64,000 bases of DNA from the IMG/VR virus record IMGVR_UViG_3300021399_003599. The stretch is one strand, 5' to 3'. Origin of the DNA: a virus. Taxonomy: Duplodnaviria; Caudoviricetes. The translations under genes were made by a program, and so were the position numbers. The notes beneath the pieces were generated by a model, which had not been told where the DNA came from, made no database searches, and worked only from the letters and a program-made list of their open reading frames with translations. Within the stretch, counting starts at the first letter, position 1; every line of letters starts with the position of its first letter. Shown here piece by piece: positions 37,467 to 50,800 of this stretch.

Positions 37467-38399
37467 ATGTATAGAAGCTATACTCATGTAGAAGCACTTA
37501 ATAAGTATCCTGATTATCTCCTTGGAGATATCTATATTACCCCTAAGCTCGATGGAACCAATGCTTGTGTCTATTGGGAGAATGGAGAGATAAAGGCTGG
37601 TTCCCGCAAGCGCGCAATTAATATCGATAGTGATAATGCTGGCTTCGCTCTTTGGGTGCAGACTTCAAAGAATGATGAAGCCATCGCTCTCCGAGAGTTT
37701 TTTACCAATAGTGGTCGTACTAATTGGATCATCTATGGCGAGTTTGGTGTTGGTAGTGTAGCGACTATTAAGCGTTATATTCCTGGCACCGCAAGTCAGA
37801 TGTGGATTTTTGACGTATACGATATCCAAGAGCAGAAGTTTGTCTCTCGTAATGACTGGGCTCCTGTTCTTACTCAGTGGGATCTTAATGAGTGGATCAT
37901 CCCTATTATTGGTGCTCTTCATAATCCAACCATGAATGATGTAGTTGCGTATCTTGATCGCAATCATTTCCGTCTTGCGGACGACGATCCTGAGCCTGGT
38001 GAGGGTATCGTTATTCGTAACGAAGATTATCGTGATAAGTTTGGAAAGTATATTATTACTAAGATTGTACGTGCGGAGTTCCGTGCTGGCAAGTCTGTCA
38101 ATAAGAGCGCTCCTAAGAAGCTTCCTGATAATCTTGAAGCCGCTATTGTAAATGAGTATATTGTAGAGTCTGACATCCTTAAGACAAAGGCTAAGATCGC
38201 TCTCGATTGCGGGACTCCTGAATTTGATCTTTCTTCCGGTAAGCAAATCGGTATGCTTCTTAATTATGTTTATCGAGATCTTCTTGTTGAGGAAATTCCT
38301 TATATTGTAACTAAGCGATATAAGGGTTGCACTATTAACTTTGGGGAGCTTCGTCATTGCAGCGATACTAAGGTAAGGTCTTTCCTGTTTGGAGTATAA
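37467..38399 (+). CDS. ATP-dependent RNA ligase (Rnl2-like)
   Basis: Motif I PKLDGTN, GSR, YGEF, IFDV, EGIVIR, TKIV. Confidence 0.85.
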   Translation: MYRSYTHVEALNKYPDYLLGDIYITPKLDGTNACVYWENGEIKAGSRKRAINIDSDNAGFALWVQTSKNDEAIALREFFTNSGRTNWIIYGEFGVGSVATIKRYIPGTASQMWIFDVYDIQEQKFVSRNDWAPVLTQWDLNEWIIPIIGALHNPTMNDVVAYLDRNHFRLADDDPEPGEGIVIRNEDYRDKFGKYIITKIVRAEFRAGKSVNKSAPKKLPDNLEAAIVNEYIVESDILKTKAKIALDCGTPEFDLSSGKQIGMLLNYVYRDLLVEEIPYIVTKRYKGCTINFGELRHCSDTKVRSFLFGV

Positions 38400-38627
38400 A
38401 TGGGATATTGCATTTATGGCAAACGAATTAAACCAGTAAGGTACTATTCCCCTCTAGGTAGTCACCTAGAGGGGCCTGATTCTATGTTCCGCGCACTTGA
38501 TGCAGAGGGACATAGAGTTAACACTCTTTCTAAAGCAGCAGTTTATGAAACCAAAGAACAAGCTTTATCAATTATAAAAAATTATCAAAATGATGGAATT
38601 TTATTAGAAGTTAGGAAAATGTCTTAA
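38400..38627 (+). CDS. Hypothetical protein
   Basis: 75 aa, abuts neighbours. Confidence 0.6.
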   Translation: MGYCIYGKRIKPVRYYSPLGSHLEGPDSMFRALDAEGHRVNTLSKAAVYETKEQALSIIKNYQNDGILLEVRKMS

Positions 38628-40177
38628 TGAAAAATTTGCTAGATGCGATTTCTGAAGAAGATAAAGAGTGTATGATTCATTGGATTAATGCGTATGCTCG
38701 TTGCTATCCTGATAAAATTGAAACAGTTCTCCAGAGTTGGAGCGCAAATAAGAAAAAGCTGTATAAGGCTCTTGGATATAATCTAAGAGTCTCCTATCCT
38801 ATTGAAATAAAAAAGGACAATAAAGTTTTTTATCGAGAATTAACTAAGATATATAAGCCTCTTCCAAAAGATATAGGTCTATCTGTTCCTGGATATTATT
38901 ATTCTGTAATAGAAGATAATCATCCTTTTATAAAAGATTTGTATAATTTTTTCTCTAAATGGTATGATAGTTCTTTCGTTCCATATGAAGTTAAAGAAAA
39001 TTATCTAAATTTAGCAACACTATTATGTTATAAATATATTCAAGATAATGTATATACAAATAATTCTTCTTTAATTTTTTATCGTCAAGATCATAAGACT
39101 AAAACTGTAAAGCAGGGTGTGCGCACAATGCGCACTATTCAAAGCGTTCTCAAGTTTTTAAACTATGATAAGATGGAAAATTTTAATAAGTGGCGTAATG
39201 CAATTAGTGATCTGAATAACGCTCGTAGTATTAAATGTAATCTTGTTTTTAGTATTCATCCTCTTGACTTTATGACTATGAGCGATAATGCCTGTAATTG
39301 GCGTAGTTGTATGGCATGGAAAGATGGCGGTTCTTATTCAAGCGGCACTATTGAAATGCTTAATAGCAATGATACAATGATAACTTATCTTGAAAGTGAT
39401 AAGCCTTTTATTTGGAATGATTATACTATTCCTAATAAGAGTTGGCGTTGTCTTCTCTATGTACATAAGGATATTCTTTGTTTAGGTAAATCATACCCTT
39501 ATTATCATAAAGAACTTGATTTAGAAGTTTTAAAAATCGCGCAGCGATTTTTAAAACAAAATCTAAATTGGAAATACCAATATCAATATCAGCAATATAA
39601 AGATCTAAAGCACTTTTATAATAATAATTATATTCGATATGATCTTCGCGCGCATAAAAAAGGAAGTCATAATATCTTTTTATACACTCATGGAATGTAT
39701 GCGGATCTTGTTGAGGACCAAGAGTCAGTCTATTGGTGTTGTCGCAATTGGGTACCAGACGATATTAAGATTAGCGTTTCTGGTCGCGCGACCTGCATGA
39801 ATTGCGGCGGACCGCTAGATGAAGATTTGGATGAACCAGACAATGCGCAAAGCGCGCGAAAGTTCTGTTGTCATTGTGAAGAAAAGATGTGTTCTACTTG
39901 TGGAGCAGTTAATTCTCACATAAAGCATTTTAAAGTTCGTATATATAAACCTTATACTGGAGCATATGTTTTAAAGCATAGTAAGCCTAGTTTAGTTTGC
40001 GAAGACTGTTTTATTAATGATATGTTTTTTGATACCGCAAATGAACTTTTTGTTCATACGAATGATAGACTTTTTTATGAAGATAAAATTAGAAACAAGT
40101 CTCTAGCACCATTAGAACCTCCTATATGGATACGCGCGAAATATATGATTGGAAGTGATGAAGTTGTTCAATGTTAG
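38627..40177 (+). CDS. Hypothetical protein with SIHPLDFxTMS...WRSC motif and C-terminal Cys clusters
   Basis: 516 aa; four CxxC pairs in the C-terminal region. Confidence 0.7.
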   Translation: MKNLLDAISEEDKECMIHWINAYARCYPDKIETVLQSWSANKKKLYKALGYNLRVSYPIEIKKDNKVFYRELTKIYKPLPKDIGLSVPGYYYSVIEDNHPFIKDLYNFFSKWYDSSFVPYEVKENYLNLATLLCYKYIQDNVYTNNSSLIFYRQDHKTKTVKQGVRTMRTIQSVLKFLNYDKMENFNKWRNAISDLNNARSIKCNLVFSIHPLDFMTMSDNACNWRSCMAWKDGGSYSSGTIEMLNSNDTMITYLESDKPFIWNDYTIPNKSWRCLLYVHKDILCLGKSYPYYHKELDLEVLKIAQRFLKQNLNWKYQYQYQQYKDLKHFYNNNYIRYDLRAHKKGSHNIFLYTHGMYADLVEDQESVYWCCRNWVPDDIKISVSGRATCMNCGGPLDEDLDEPDNAQSARKFCCHCEEKMCSTCGAVNSHIKHFKVRIYKPYTGAYVLKHSKPSLVCEDCFINDMFFDTANELFVHTNDRLFYEDKIRNKSLAPLEPPIWIRAKYMIGSDEVVQC

Positions 40178-40955
40178 CTTGCCATATAAATATAATCATC
40201 CTTTAATGAACGAAGTGTCTGAATTTAATATTAACTATAATAGTAATAAAAACGATTTTCAAAAATTAATTCAATTTGTTGAAGAGTATCAAGATAAACG
40301 AATTAATATTTCCATATCGTCAGCCGCGGATTTAGAAAATTTAAAAGTTATTAATAAACTTCATAAAAATATTTATATAAAAGTAGATGACTTTAATTTT
40401 CTTGAACAATTAAATAATTTTAAATATTATCTTTCTATACCTATTACTAACTATACTCTCTTGGACCATGTTATTAATCTTCCAATTAGTGATATTTATA
40501 TTGGAGGAGATCTATATCATTCTTTAAGTGAAGTAAAAGCGTTATGTGAAAAGCATAATATAGGAACTCGGTTAGTGGTAAATAAGATACCAATGATAGG
40601 TTTGTCTCCAAGAGACGCAATCTATCGTCCTGAAGATGGAGAATATTTATCAAATTATATTGATACTATTGAATTTGATTGCGGGAACGACTGGAAAAAA
40701 ATTGAAGTACTGTATAAAGTATGGATAGAAACACAAACTTGGTCTGGCAACTTGCAAGAAATAAATTCTGATCTCGCATTTTATTTTCCTAATCGACAAA
40801 TTATTCCTTATCTTTATCGACGTCGTTATAATTGTAACTTTGAATGTATAAGGGGAGATAGCACTTGTACTGCTTGTGAAGATGTAATTTCTTTAGCTTT
40901 GGAAGCAGAGCAAGAAAATGTAATTTTTAACAAACAATTTAACCAAAGGAGTTAA
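40158..40955 (+). CDS. Peptidase U32-like TIM-barrel protein (putative Fe-S)
   Basis: ISDIYIGGDLYHSL...TRLVVN and C-terminal CNFEC-x5-CTAC; likely start ATG 40158. Confidence 0.5.
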   Translation: MKLFNVSLPYKYNHPLMNEVSEFNINYNSNKNDFQKLIQFVEEYQDKRINISISSAADLENLKVINKLHKNIYIKVDDFNFLEQLNNFKYYLSIPITNYTLLDHVINLPISDIYIGGDLYHSLSEVKALCEKHNIGTRLVVNKIPMIGLSPRDAIYRPEDGEYLSNYIDTIEFDCGNDWKKIEVLYKVWIETQTWSGNLQEINSDLAFYFPNRQIIPYLYRRRYNCNFECIRGDSTCTACEDVISLALEAEQENVIFNKQFNQRS

Positions 40956-40956
40956 T

Positions 40957-41328
40957 ATGAATTTTTACGATCTACTTGATCAATATGCATATAGCAATCT
41001 AGACGAGGATATTCTTGAAGATATTCCTGATAATTTTGGTATAGATCTAAATTTCTCGGGCGTGAAAGAAAAAGGTGTTTTCACCATGGGACTTCATTAC
41101 CATGATTCTCAGGGTGCTGATTTTGGAGTTGAAGCCAGCGGTAAAACGACTAAAGAATTAATAAATAATCTTGATATTAATTTAAAAAAGATAGAAGAAG
41201 ATCAAGAAGGTCCTGATTATAAGGAGCTTTATGATAAGTATGTTAAGCTTTATGATGAATATGAATCACTAAAAAATGATCATGAATTTTTACTTGAAAC
41301 TCTTTATGCGGCTATGGGCAAACGGTAA
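40957..41328 (+). CDS. Acidic hypothetical protein with C-terminal coiled coil
   Basis: 123 aa, AAGGAG RBS. Confidence 0.7.
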   Translation: MNFYDLLDQYAYSNLDEDILEDIPDNFGIDLNFSGVKEKGVFTMGLHYHDSQGADFGVEASGKTTKELINNLDINLKKIEEDQEGPDYKELYDKYVKLYDEYESLKNDHEFLLETLYAAMGKR

Positions 41329-41338
41329 TAATTAATTG

Positions 41339-41424
41339 ATAATAACTTTTATATTATATGTCTACGAAGAAGGACTTCGATAGATCTGGAAGAAATAGGA
41401 TTTTCTAGAAAGGAAGTTATTATG
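41339..41424 (+). promoter_or_regulatory. RBS/start-codon-sequestering multibranch hairpin
   Basis: ATAATAACTT (41339-48) / AAGTTATTAT (41414-23) enclose two inner stems (TCTACGAAG/CTTCGATAGA and TCTGGAAGA/TTTTCTAGA). Confidence 0.6.
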
Positions 41425-41715
41425 CGTTTTTATAGTGATGAATTAAAGCAACTTTTTAATTCAGAAAAAGAGTTAGTAGAAGCCGAGAAAGCTCATGCAG
41501 ACGCGGAAAAAGCTAAGAAGCTGAAGGAGGCTCAAGCGACCGCAGAAAGAAAAGCTGATGCTGCTAAGGTTGAAAAGGCTTTTGAAAATCTTGGTAAAGC
41601 AACAGAAGCTTATAAGGCTGAGTTAAATCGCTTCGTTGAAAAGTGGGGACAATATCATTACTCAACCGCTGATCCTAACTTTAAGTATTTTCTAAACCTT
41701 TGGGATTTATTTTAA
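41422..41715 (+). CDS. Small coiled-coil hypothetical protein
   Basis: 97 aa, A/E/K-rich. Confidence 0.75.
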   Translation: MRFYSDELKQLFNSEKELVEAEKAHADAEKAKKLKEAQATAERKADAAKVEKAFENLGKATEAYKAELNRFVEKWGQYHYSTADPNFKYFLNLWDLF

Positions 41716-41738
41716 TTAAAATAAAATAACAAAAGAGG

Positions 41739-41774
41739 AAAGGCAGTTATATTAACATATAACTGCCTTTTTTT
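41739..41774 (+). terminator. Intrinsic terminator
   Basis: AAAGGCAGTTATAT-taac-ATATAACTGCCTTTTTTT. Confidence 0.9.
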
Positions 41775-41815
41775 ATATATAAAATTTTATAGTCATTTTA
41801 AGGAAGTGATGTTTA

Positions 41816-44800
41816 GTGGCGAAAATTTTTAAAGACGGTATTGAAATAGCTAATACTACCCCTATTAGCAATAATATAAATGATACGAGCACCGAACACG
41901 TTCCTAGTATGGCCGTGATAGATGAACTATCAAAAAATGTAGAAGATGCAATTGAAGAAGCGGTTGCGCCTTTAGCTACAAAAGAAGAGCTTCAAGCAGT
42001 TGAAGATCATGTTGAAGATATTGACGCAGACGTACAGAATATCTATAATAGTTTTGCAACTAAACTAGAGTTAAACGAGGTTTCCGCGAACCAAGCAGAA
42101 ATTGAAGACTTAATTGCTAGTAAAGCAGATATAGATGATCTAACTGCGGCTGTTGGTCGAATTAACACATTAGAAAGCAATAGCATTACTACTGCTACTT
42201 TTGAAGCTGAACAAGGTAGAGTTAATAATTTAATTGCAGGTAAACTTGATTCTGGATCTTTGACAGCTATTGAAGGAGATATTGAAAATCTTAAAGCAAA
42301 AGATATTGCTACAGATGAGATATTAGCTCAAAAAGCTTCTGTCCAAGATTTAACAGCTGCGAATGGTAGAATTAATACCCTTGAAACAACGACAGCAAGT
42401 ATCAATCAAGCTTTAATTGACAAAGCTAGTGTGAGCAGTCTCAGTGCAGTACAAGCCACAATAGACTCTCTTGATAGCACATATATGACAACTGATTTTT
42501 CTAATGCAAATGTTAGCTGGATTAATCAAGGAACAATTGCTTCTGGTGCTATTGGTACTGCGCAAATTGCGGATGGTGCTATTACTAGCGCAAAGATAGG
42601 TAGCTTAGACGCTGGAAAGATTACCACGGGTAAATTAAACGCGGCAAACGTTGAAATTACAAATTTAAATGCAGATAATATTACTGTTGGTACTATCAAT
42701 GGTCAACGTATTGGTAATGCTTCAATTGACCTAAACAAGTTATCTACAGAAGTTCCAACTAAAGAAGCCTTTGACAATGCAATTGACAGATTATCTGATC
42801 AAATTTCAGGAGCTATCGAATCTTGGTCTGGTCCTTATGATCCTTCTTTTGGTAACGAGCCCGCAAATGCTTGGCTTGATGATGAAACTAGACATGACCA
42901 TATCGGTGATATTTTCTACAATACAGAAACAGGAAAAAGCTATCGTTTTGTAGATAATGGTAATGGTGAATATGCTTGGACTCTGATTAGAGACAATGAT
43001 CTTCAACAAGCTTTAGCAGATATTGCATCTCAAGGTGGACAAATTGATCGAATAGATCAAGACTATTGGTCATTTAAAACCGATGTTAACGGTGAACTTG
43101 ATGAAGTAAAAGGAAAGATGACCACTGTTGAAGGAAAGATAACTACAGCCGAAGCAAATGCTTCTGATGCTGTTACTACAGCAAACGCGGCAATGGCTAA
43201 ATCTGGAATCAAATCAACAGAAGTTGTTTATCAAACTGGCGCAAGTGCTACTTCCGCTCCAACAGGAACTTGGTATAGTACACCTCAGCCAGTTCAGCCA
43301 GGTGAATTTCTTTGGACAAGAACTACTGTAGTTTATAACGATGATACGCAAACTGTATCTTACTCAGTTGGTTCTCAAGGAGCAGATGGTGCTCCCGGTC
43401 CGGCCGGTGCACAAGGTCCCGCAGGTCCGCAAGGTGAAAAAGGCGAGGATGGCGCGCAAGGTCCAAAAGGTGATCCCGGAGAAAAAGGTGAAGACGGTGC
43501 CCCAGGCCCTAAAGGTGATCCCGGTGAGAAGGGTGAAAAAGGCGATCCTGGCGAAAAAGGCGCAGATGGTGAAAAAGGTGAAAAGGGCGATAAGGGTGAC
43601 AAAGGTGACCGTGGATACGATGTATCGGACGCCCGCATTCAATATTACCTTTCTACATCCAATAGCGAACTTCAAGGTGGATCATGGTCAGATACTCCTC
43701 CTGCGTTTGTAGAAGGTTGTTTCTATTGGGAAAGACTTGCGACAACGCTGTCTGATGGTACAACTAAATATTCTAATCCTGTTATTTCAAAAGAATTAAA
43801 TGAAGCTTATTTACAAATTAAAAATACTTCAACAACATTAAGTCAAACAATTGATACAGTTAACGAGCATGGTAGATCAATTACTACATTAGGACAAACG
43901 GTTGCCACAAAAGTAGATGGCGATGAATTTAATACATATAAAACCACTACAACAAATGCAATCAATAATGTAAAACAAACCGCGGATGCTAACTCTGCTG
44001 ACATTACTTCATTAACTCAAACAGTAACAGACAACGAAACAGATATTGAAAATAAATATTCAAGTTTAGTTCAAACAGTTAACGGTCTTACTTCTAGAGT
44101 TGGAGCAACAGAAAGTTCTATTACTACAATTAATGGTAATATGGAACAAATTAGAATCGGTGGTAGAAACTTATTGTTAAATACCGCGGAGTCTATTAAC
44201 GCAACTGACATTGGCTTTGATTGGAATTTATCTACTGCCATAGCTGACGTTACTGAGAATGATCCAATAGTCCTATCTGGTTATATCAAAACTACATCAG
44301 ACCATTGGTTCGATGCTTATTGGGTTTCAGAAGATACTGCATACCCTGGCTCATTAAATGTGTTTCAACATATTGATACTCCTAATACGTGGGTAAGATT
44401 TGAACTTGGAGCAATTGCGGGAATACGTGCGGCGACTGCTACAAAATTACACATTCGTTTAAACAACGCTCAACAAGGACAAGCTACTTCTCATACAGTT
44501 GAGCTTAGAAATCTTAAACTTGAGCGTGGAACTCGAGCTACAGATTGGACGCCCGCTCCTGAAGATACGGTTGCATCTATTAATGCTATCAATACTACAG
44601 TTAATCAGCAACAAACAGAAATTAATCAAACTAAAGAGGCTATTGAATTAAGAGCAACTAAGCAAGAAGTTACAAACGTATCAAATAAACTCAATAATGA
44701 TTATTATAATAAGAGTGCTATTGATAGTAAATTTTCTGTTTCTGAAGAAGGTATTCTTGCTTCTGTTGGTAGTAATTATGCAACAAAGTCAAGTGTTGAT

Positions 44801-47800
44801 GTATTAACTCCTGAATTAATTGTAGGTACTCATGGAACCACGGCAACTGCTACATGGACAGGTACTTCTCAATTTTTAACAGAGATTAAAGCTGGTACTC
44901 GTATTCAATATAAGTTAAGTTCGCCAGGTGCGGCAAACGTTACATTGAATTTACGGTTAAAAGATGATGCAAATAATAATCCTGTTACGACTGGTCCTAA
45001 ATCAGTTTACTATAATGGAACAACTAGATTAGGTACTCAGTATGATAAAGGTGCTATTGTTGATCTTGTTTATGATGGTACTTCTTGGTATGTATCTAAT
45101 CCATATACTAATACGACATATGACCTTGGTGAAGTGCGTTGGTCTAACGCAGTTTCCGCATTAGAAGACATCGCGGCCGGAGTTATTATCTGCGGAACTA
45201 GCGATGGATATAAGCGAGTTGCCGCAAACATTTCATTCAATCTTGCTTATCCTATTCTGTGGACGCCTAGTGTTATTCATGATGGAAGAACTTCAACAGA
45301 TACTTATATCTCACATCCATCTACTAACTTCTCAACGACCGCTACTGTTCAAGGTGGCTCCGCAAATTTAACGGTATACTTAAAAGGAGCTTTAGTTGGT
45401 AACGTATTTACGATTGCCGCGACTAATTTCTTAACTACAATCCAACCTACAGAAGCAGATGGAATGTATTACATTCCTCTTGGATTATTATCTGATTCTA
45501 CAACCGGTTATTTCCAAAGTTCTGATCGTTTATATGCTTTTATTAATGGTCAATTCCAGCCTGTTGATCTTGCTGCTAAAGGAACTGCTGATAAAGCAGC
45601 TAATGATTTAGCTAATTACAAAACAACTGTTGAAAATACATATTTGACACAAGCCTCTTGGAATACAACTAAAGAAGGAATTGATGGTAAGTTTTCAAGT
45701 ATTGAATCTAATGTTACTAATATAACAACAAATCTTTCTAACTTACAAGATGAAAATGTAGCTGGTTCTTTAGCTTCTCGTTTAAAGACGGCTGAAGCTG
45801 GTATCCAAGCTAATAAAGAAGGCATTGATTTACGTTATACTAAAAACGAAGTTGATAGTTTAAAATCAAATTTACAAAATGATATCGCAACTGTTCAAAG
45901 TAACTTAGATAATCTTGAAATTGGTGGACGTAATCTTGTTCCATCTGCTACGCTAAAAGCAAGAGGTATGGCTTCTGGTGGAGAATTTTCTGGAAATACT
46001 TATGAGTGTACTTTAACTAAGTGCGTTTCAGGAAATGCTACTTCATTAATATTTGATAAAATTTTTGAGCCTGGTACTTATACATTAAATTTTAAATATG
46101 ATATTAATGGAGACCCCAAACCAATAGGTGGAGCAACTCATCGTATGATTGCTAGCGTTCAAGTTGATGATGGATATACTGATAACTCAACTTATGCTTC
46201 TCATCTTGGAGAAAGTCATGGTTATTGGAAATATATTAAACCACCTTATACTTTTACTTTAACTGAATCTGCTAAGTTAGGAATTAATTTTGTTAATTCA
46301 ACTTCTAACGCAGAAATAACAGTGCATGAAATTAAGCTTGAAAAAGGTAATCGTGCAACTGACTGGACACCTGCGCCTGAAGATATGGATGCCGCAAATT
46401 CAGTACTAGCTGAACGAGTGACTCAAACAGAAGCAGCTTTAACTGTTGGTGACGGTATGATTTCAAGCGTTGCTTCATATGTTGAAAATGCTAAACAAGA
46501 AGCTATTAGTAGTGCTAATAACAATACTACAACTCAATTAGCTAATTATACTACTACCACAGATATGAATAGTGTGATTGATGCTAAAACAGGCACAATG
46601 AAAGATACTATCGAAAGTAATATTGCTAGTACTTATCAAACTAAAACTGAAGCAGCAAATGCGGCAACCGCATTACAGCAAACCCTTCAAGGTATGCAAG
46701 ATCAAATTGATGGAGCTATTGAAACTTGGTCATACGCGGGAGTACCTACTAATTCTAATGCACCGGCAGTAGATTGGGATAATGATACTCTTAAAGATGC
46801 TCACGTTGGTGACTTGTATTTTGATACTGATACCAATAAAACGTATCGTTATAAGAAAGAAGGTAATACTTATTCTTGGGGTGAGATTACTGATTCTGAA
46901 ATTAGTGCAGTAAGTGCATTGGCTTCATCTAAAAAACGTATCTTTACAGCCACACCAACTTCACCTTATGATATCGGTGATCTTTGGATTCAAGGCGCTA
47001 ATGGTGATATTAAATATGCTAAAGTCGCAAAGACAAAAGATCAAGCATATGCGGCTGCTGACTGGGATTTAGCTAGCAAATATACTGATGATAGTGAATT
47101 AAATAATTTTAAAACTAATACTTTTGAAACTTATAAAACAGAAGTTACTAAAGCATTAGATAATGTTAGTATTGATGTAAGTAAGAAGATACGTCAAGAA
47201 GTAGCAGGCCCACAACTTAATTTATTAGATAATGCTAATAAAGTTTATGATTATGGTACTGGAAATGGAACTATTGATAAAACAAATTATGATTCCAATA
47301 GGTCAGTGGTAATTACAAAAACTGCAACCAATGCAAACGCATGGGGCTTTTATTGTACATTGTATAGTGCTTACGCAGGCAATACTAATTACACAGTTAA
47401 GTTCAATATGCGGCAACACGCAGATTCCGCTAACAATATAACACGTATTCATTTTTATTCAACTAATCCTAATAATACAGCTACAAGCGTCGTATATATA
47501 GATGGTGTTAATGTTGGTCAAGTAAATGAAAATATTGAATTTGATTTTAGTGATAAAACTTATCACGAAATAGAAGTTAAATTTAAATCAATTACATCTC
47601 CGACTACAGGAGTAGAACGGGGTCTCGGCTGTACAATAATGCGCTCTCTCGCGGGAACTTGGAAAGCAGAAATTACAAACTTAATGTGGACTAAAGATGC
47701 TGATGTTGACGAATATTCAGCTCATTCAACATTCAAAGTAATGTCTGATAATATCTCATCTAAGGTTTCTGCAAATGGTGTTATTTCATCTATTAATCAA

Positions 47801-50800
47801 TCACCTGAAGAAATCACCATTGATGCTGATCGTGTTAATATTAATGGAGCTGCCATCTTTACAAGTGGTCGTTTAAGCGAGAGTTCATTAAATAGTGCTT
47901 ATGATAGCAAAGGGAGCGCGGCAACTGCAGAAAGTAATGCCAAAACGGCCGCACAAGGTTATGCAACTACTGCTCAGAGTAATGCTATAAGTGCCGCCGC
48001 TACAGATGCTACTTCAAAAGCTAATGCCGCAGAGGCAGCAGCTAAACAAGACACTGCTACAAAACTTCAATCATATTCAACTACAGAACAAATGAATACT
48101 GCTATTGGAACTGCTGTTGATAATATTGAAATTGGTGGAAAAAATTTATTATTTAAAACTAATAATGAATACACAGCAACAGTAAATTCTTATTATTATG
48201 CTGAATTTACTTATCAAAATAACCTGTTAATAAAAAATCAATATCATTTACAGCCAGATGTAACTTATACATTTTCTGCGGATGTAGAAAGTACAATTGA
48301 ACCATTCTCTCTAACTATTGGTGTAGGAACAGGTGGTTATTCAAAAGATATTGCTGATTCTACATCTAAATTATATAATGGACGAGTATCTATTACTTTT
48401 ACTCCAACTGAAAGTCAATTAGCATCTTATGATATATTTGCCTTTAGAACTCCAAGATATGGTTCTAAAAAAGATTTTACCTATAAAGTAGGTCATATTA
48501 AACTTGAAAAAGGTACTAAAGCAACCGATTGGACACCAGCTCCCGAAGATGTTGAAGAAGAAATAGCTGCCGCAAATGCAGAAGAACAAACAATTTATAT
48601 TCCAGCAGCATCGTTAACTTCATCAATAACAACTCCTACAACATGGGTTACCAAGAGTAATGCCAATGGTAAAACAAGTGAATGGAGTATCAATCGACCA
48701 CCTTATGACTCAAGCCTTCCAATTCTTTTTGTTGCAACACAAAGAAAAACAGTTGGTGGAGCAATTACTTGCACCACACCTGTTAAAGATGATACAACTA
48801 CTATCATTGATGGTGGACATATCATTACAGGAACAATTGATGCCAATAAATTAAATGCTAATGACGTTAAAGCTAATATAGTTCAAACAACTAAAATTTT
48901 AGCTTCACAAATTGATGCTAATGTCATTACAACTAGTATGCTTCCTGATGATGTTAAGAACAGCAATATTGAAATTGGTGGTAGAAACTTACTTCACAAT
49001 ACAGAATGGAATGAACAAACCATTCAAAGATTTATTAATGGAGTTCCAGCAGTTGGTCAAGCTCTTGGACAATGGTATAAAGAAACTGCTACTACAATAA
49101 GTATCAACAATAATTACATGATTATGACAGCTCCTTCAGGCCAAACCGCTAGATATGGTATCGTTCAAGATGTATATTTAACAACAGGAACTTATGTTTT
49201 TAGTATTGATAATGGCGAAGCAAACGGGACTGGTTTTGCTTGCGGTAGAGAAACTTTTCCAACTAGCATTACTAGTAGAATAATTCAAAATACTGGTTTT
49301 TATTCATACCTTATTAATATTTCTGAAGATAATTATTATAGATTTTATCTGTTTGATAGTGGTGGTAGTACAGAACTATTTACTGGACAGCATGTTAAAC
49401 TTGAAAAAGGTAATAAAGCTACAGATTGGTCCCCGGCTCCAGAAGATGTAAATCAAAATATTACTAACGCAATAAATAATATTCATATTGGTGGAAGAAA
49501 TTTATTAAAATTTACGTCAAAACCAACATTAAGTAATACTTATACAAAAAATTCTAGCGCACTTGATTGGACTTCATGGACTAGATATACCACTGCGGTG
49601 ACTCTTGAAAAAACAGCAGAAGGTGTTAAAGTTACTCATAATACTACTTCAACTTCTGATGGTCTTGTTATTCCTTTTGTTTACGACAATGCTGTTATAG
49701 GTAAAGAAGAAGTAACTATTTCATTTGAATATAGATCAAATATGACTTCTATTGGAATTCCATACTTATTAAGAAAAACAAAAGCTAATGTACCATTGGG
49801 TACCCCTCTTACTATTACTGCGTCTGAAACAGATTGGGTTCCTTTTACTGCGACAATAACTTTTCCAACTACTGCTGGTGATGATGTAAATGCATTATTA
49901 TTAACCTATGTAACTACATCAGGCGGATGGATTGAATTTAAAGATAAAACCGTCAAACTTGAAAAAGGTAATAAAGCAACTGAATGGACACCAGCTCCAG
50001 AAGATACAGATACAGCTCTTGCGGCAATTGAAAATACCGCTAATATGCAAGAACAACTAATCTATATTTCAAAAGCTAAAAACACTACATCAGTTTCAGT
50101 AAATAATACTTGGGTTGCAGATGCTAGCGGTGCTCAAGGAAAATGGACAACTAAACGTCCTAAGTATGATTCAAGTTATCCTGTTTTATTTGTAGCAACT
50201 CAGCGTAAAACTCTTGGTGGAACTGTTACCTGCACAACACCAATGATTGACGATACAACAACAGTTATTGATGGTGGAAATATTATTACTGGTACTGTTA
50301 CCGCAGGAGCTATCAATGCGCAATCTGGTACGTTTAATGTAGCTAATATTCCTGATTTAACTGCTGAAAAAATTACATCAGGTGAATTAAAGTCAGCTAA
50401 TTTCTCTGACGCAGGAGCAGTTGGAACTCCATATTCCTTTAAGGGAACAAAATTAGATTTAAATACTGGTAACTTTTATACACCTGCTTTTGGTATTGTT
50501 AATAGTACAACTGGTATGAATGCGGGCATCGGTGTTGGACTTTATCTTAATGATGGTTTCGTTGCTCGAAGCGGTAAATTAGGTTGGAGCGAAAATAATT
50601 ATTGGGATATAGCAACTGCGCCCTTACTTACAACTGGACTCACTACAAATGAAGATGATACAACAGGTTTAGTTGCTACTGGTAATGCTTTAATTAATGT
50701 TGGTGAACTTATACTTGAATCAAATGATGATACTGGTAATAGATCAAGTTTACATACTGGAACGGTAACTAAGAATAGTACTGGTTATACAAAAACGTAT

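Noticed and set aside
37665-38357. 230-aa antisense ORF over the RNA ligase
   Set aside because: Explained by codon bias of the sense gene; no RBS or motifs
43341-43712. Overlapping ORFs over the collagen tract
   Set aside because: Stop-poor frames produced by Gly-X-Y codons
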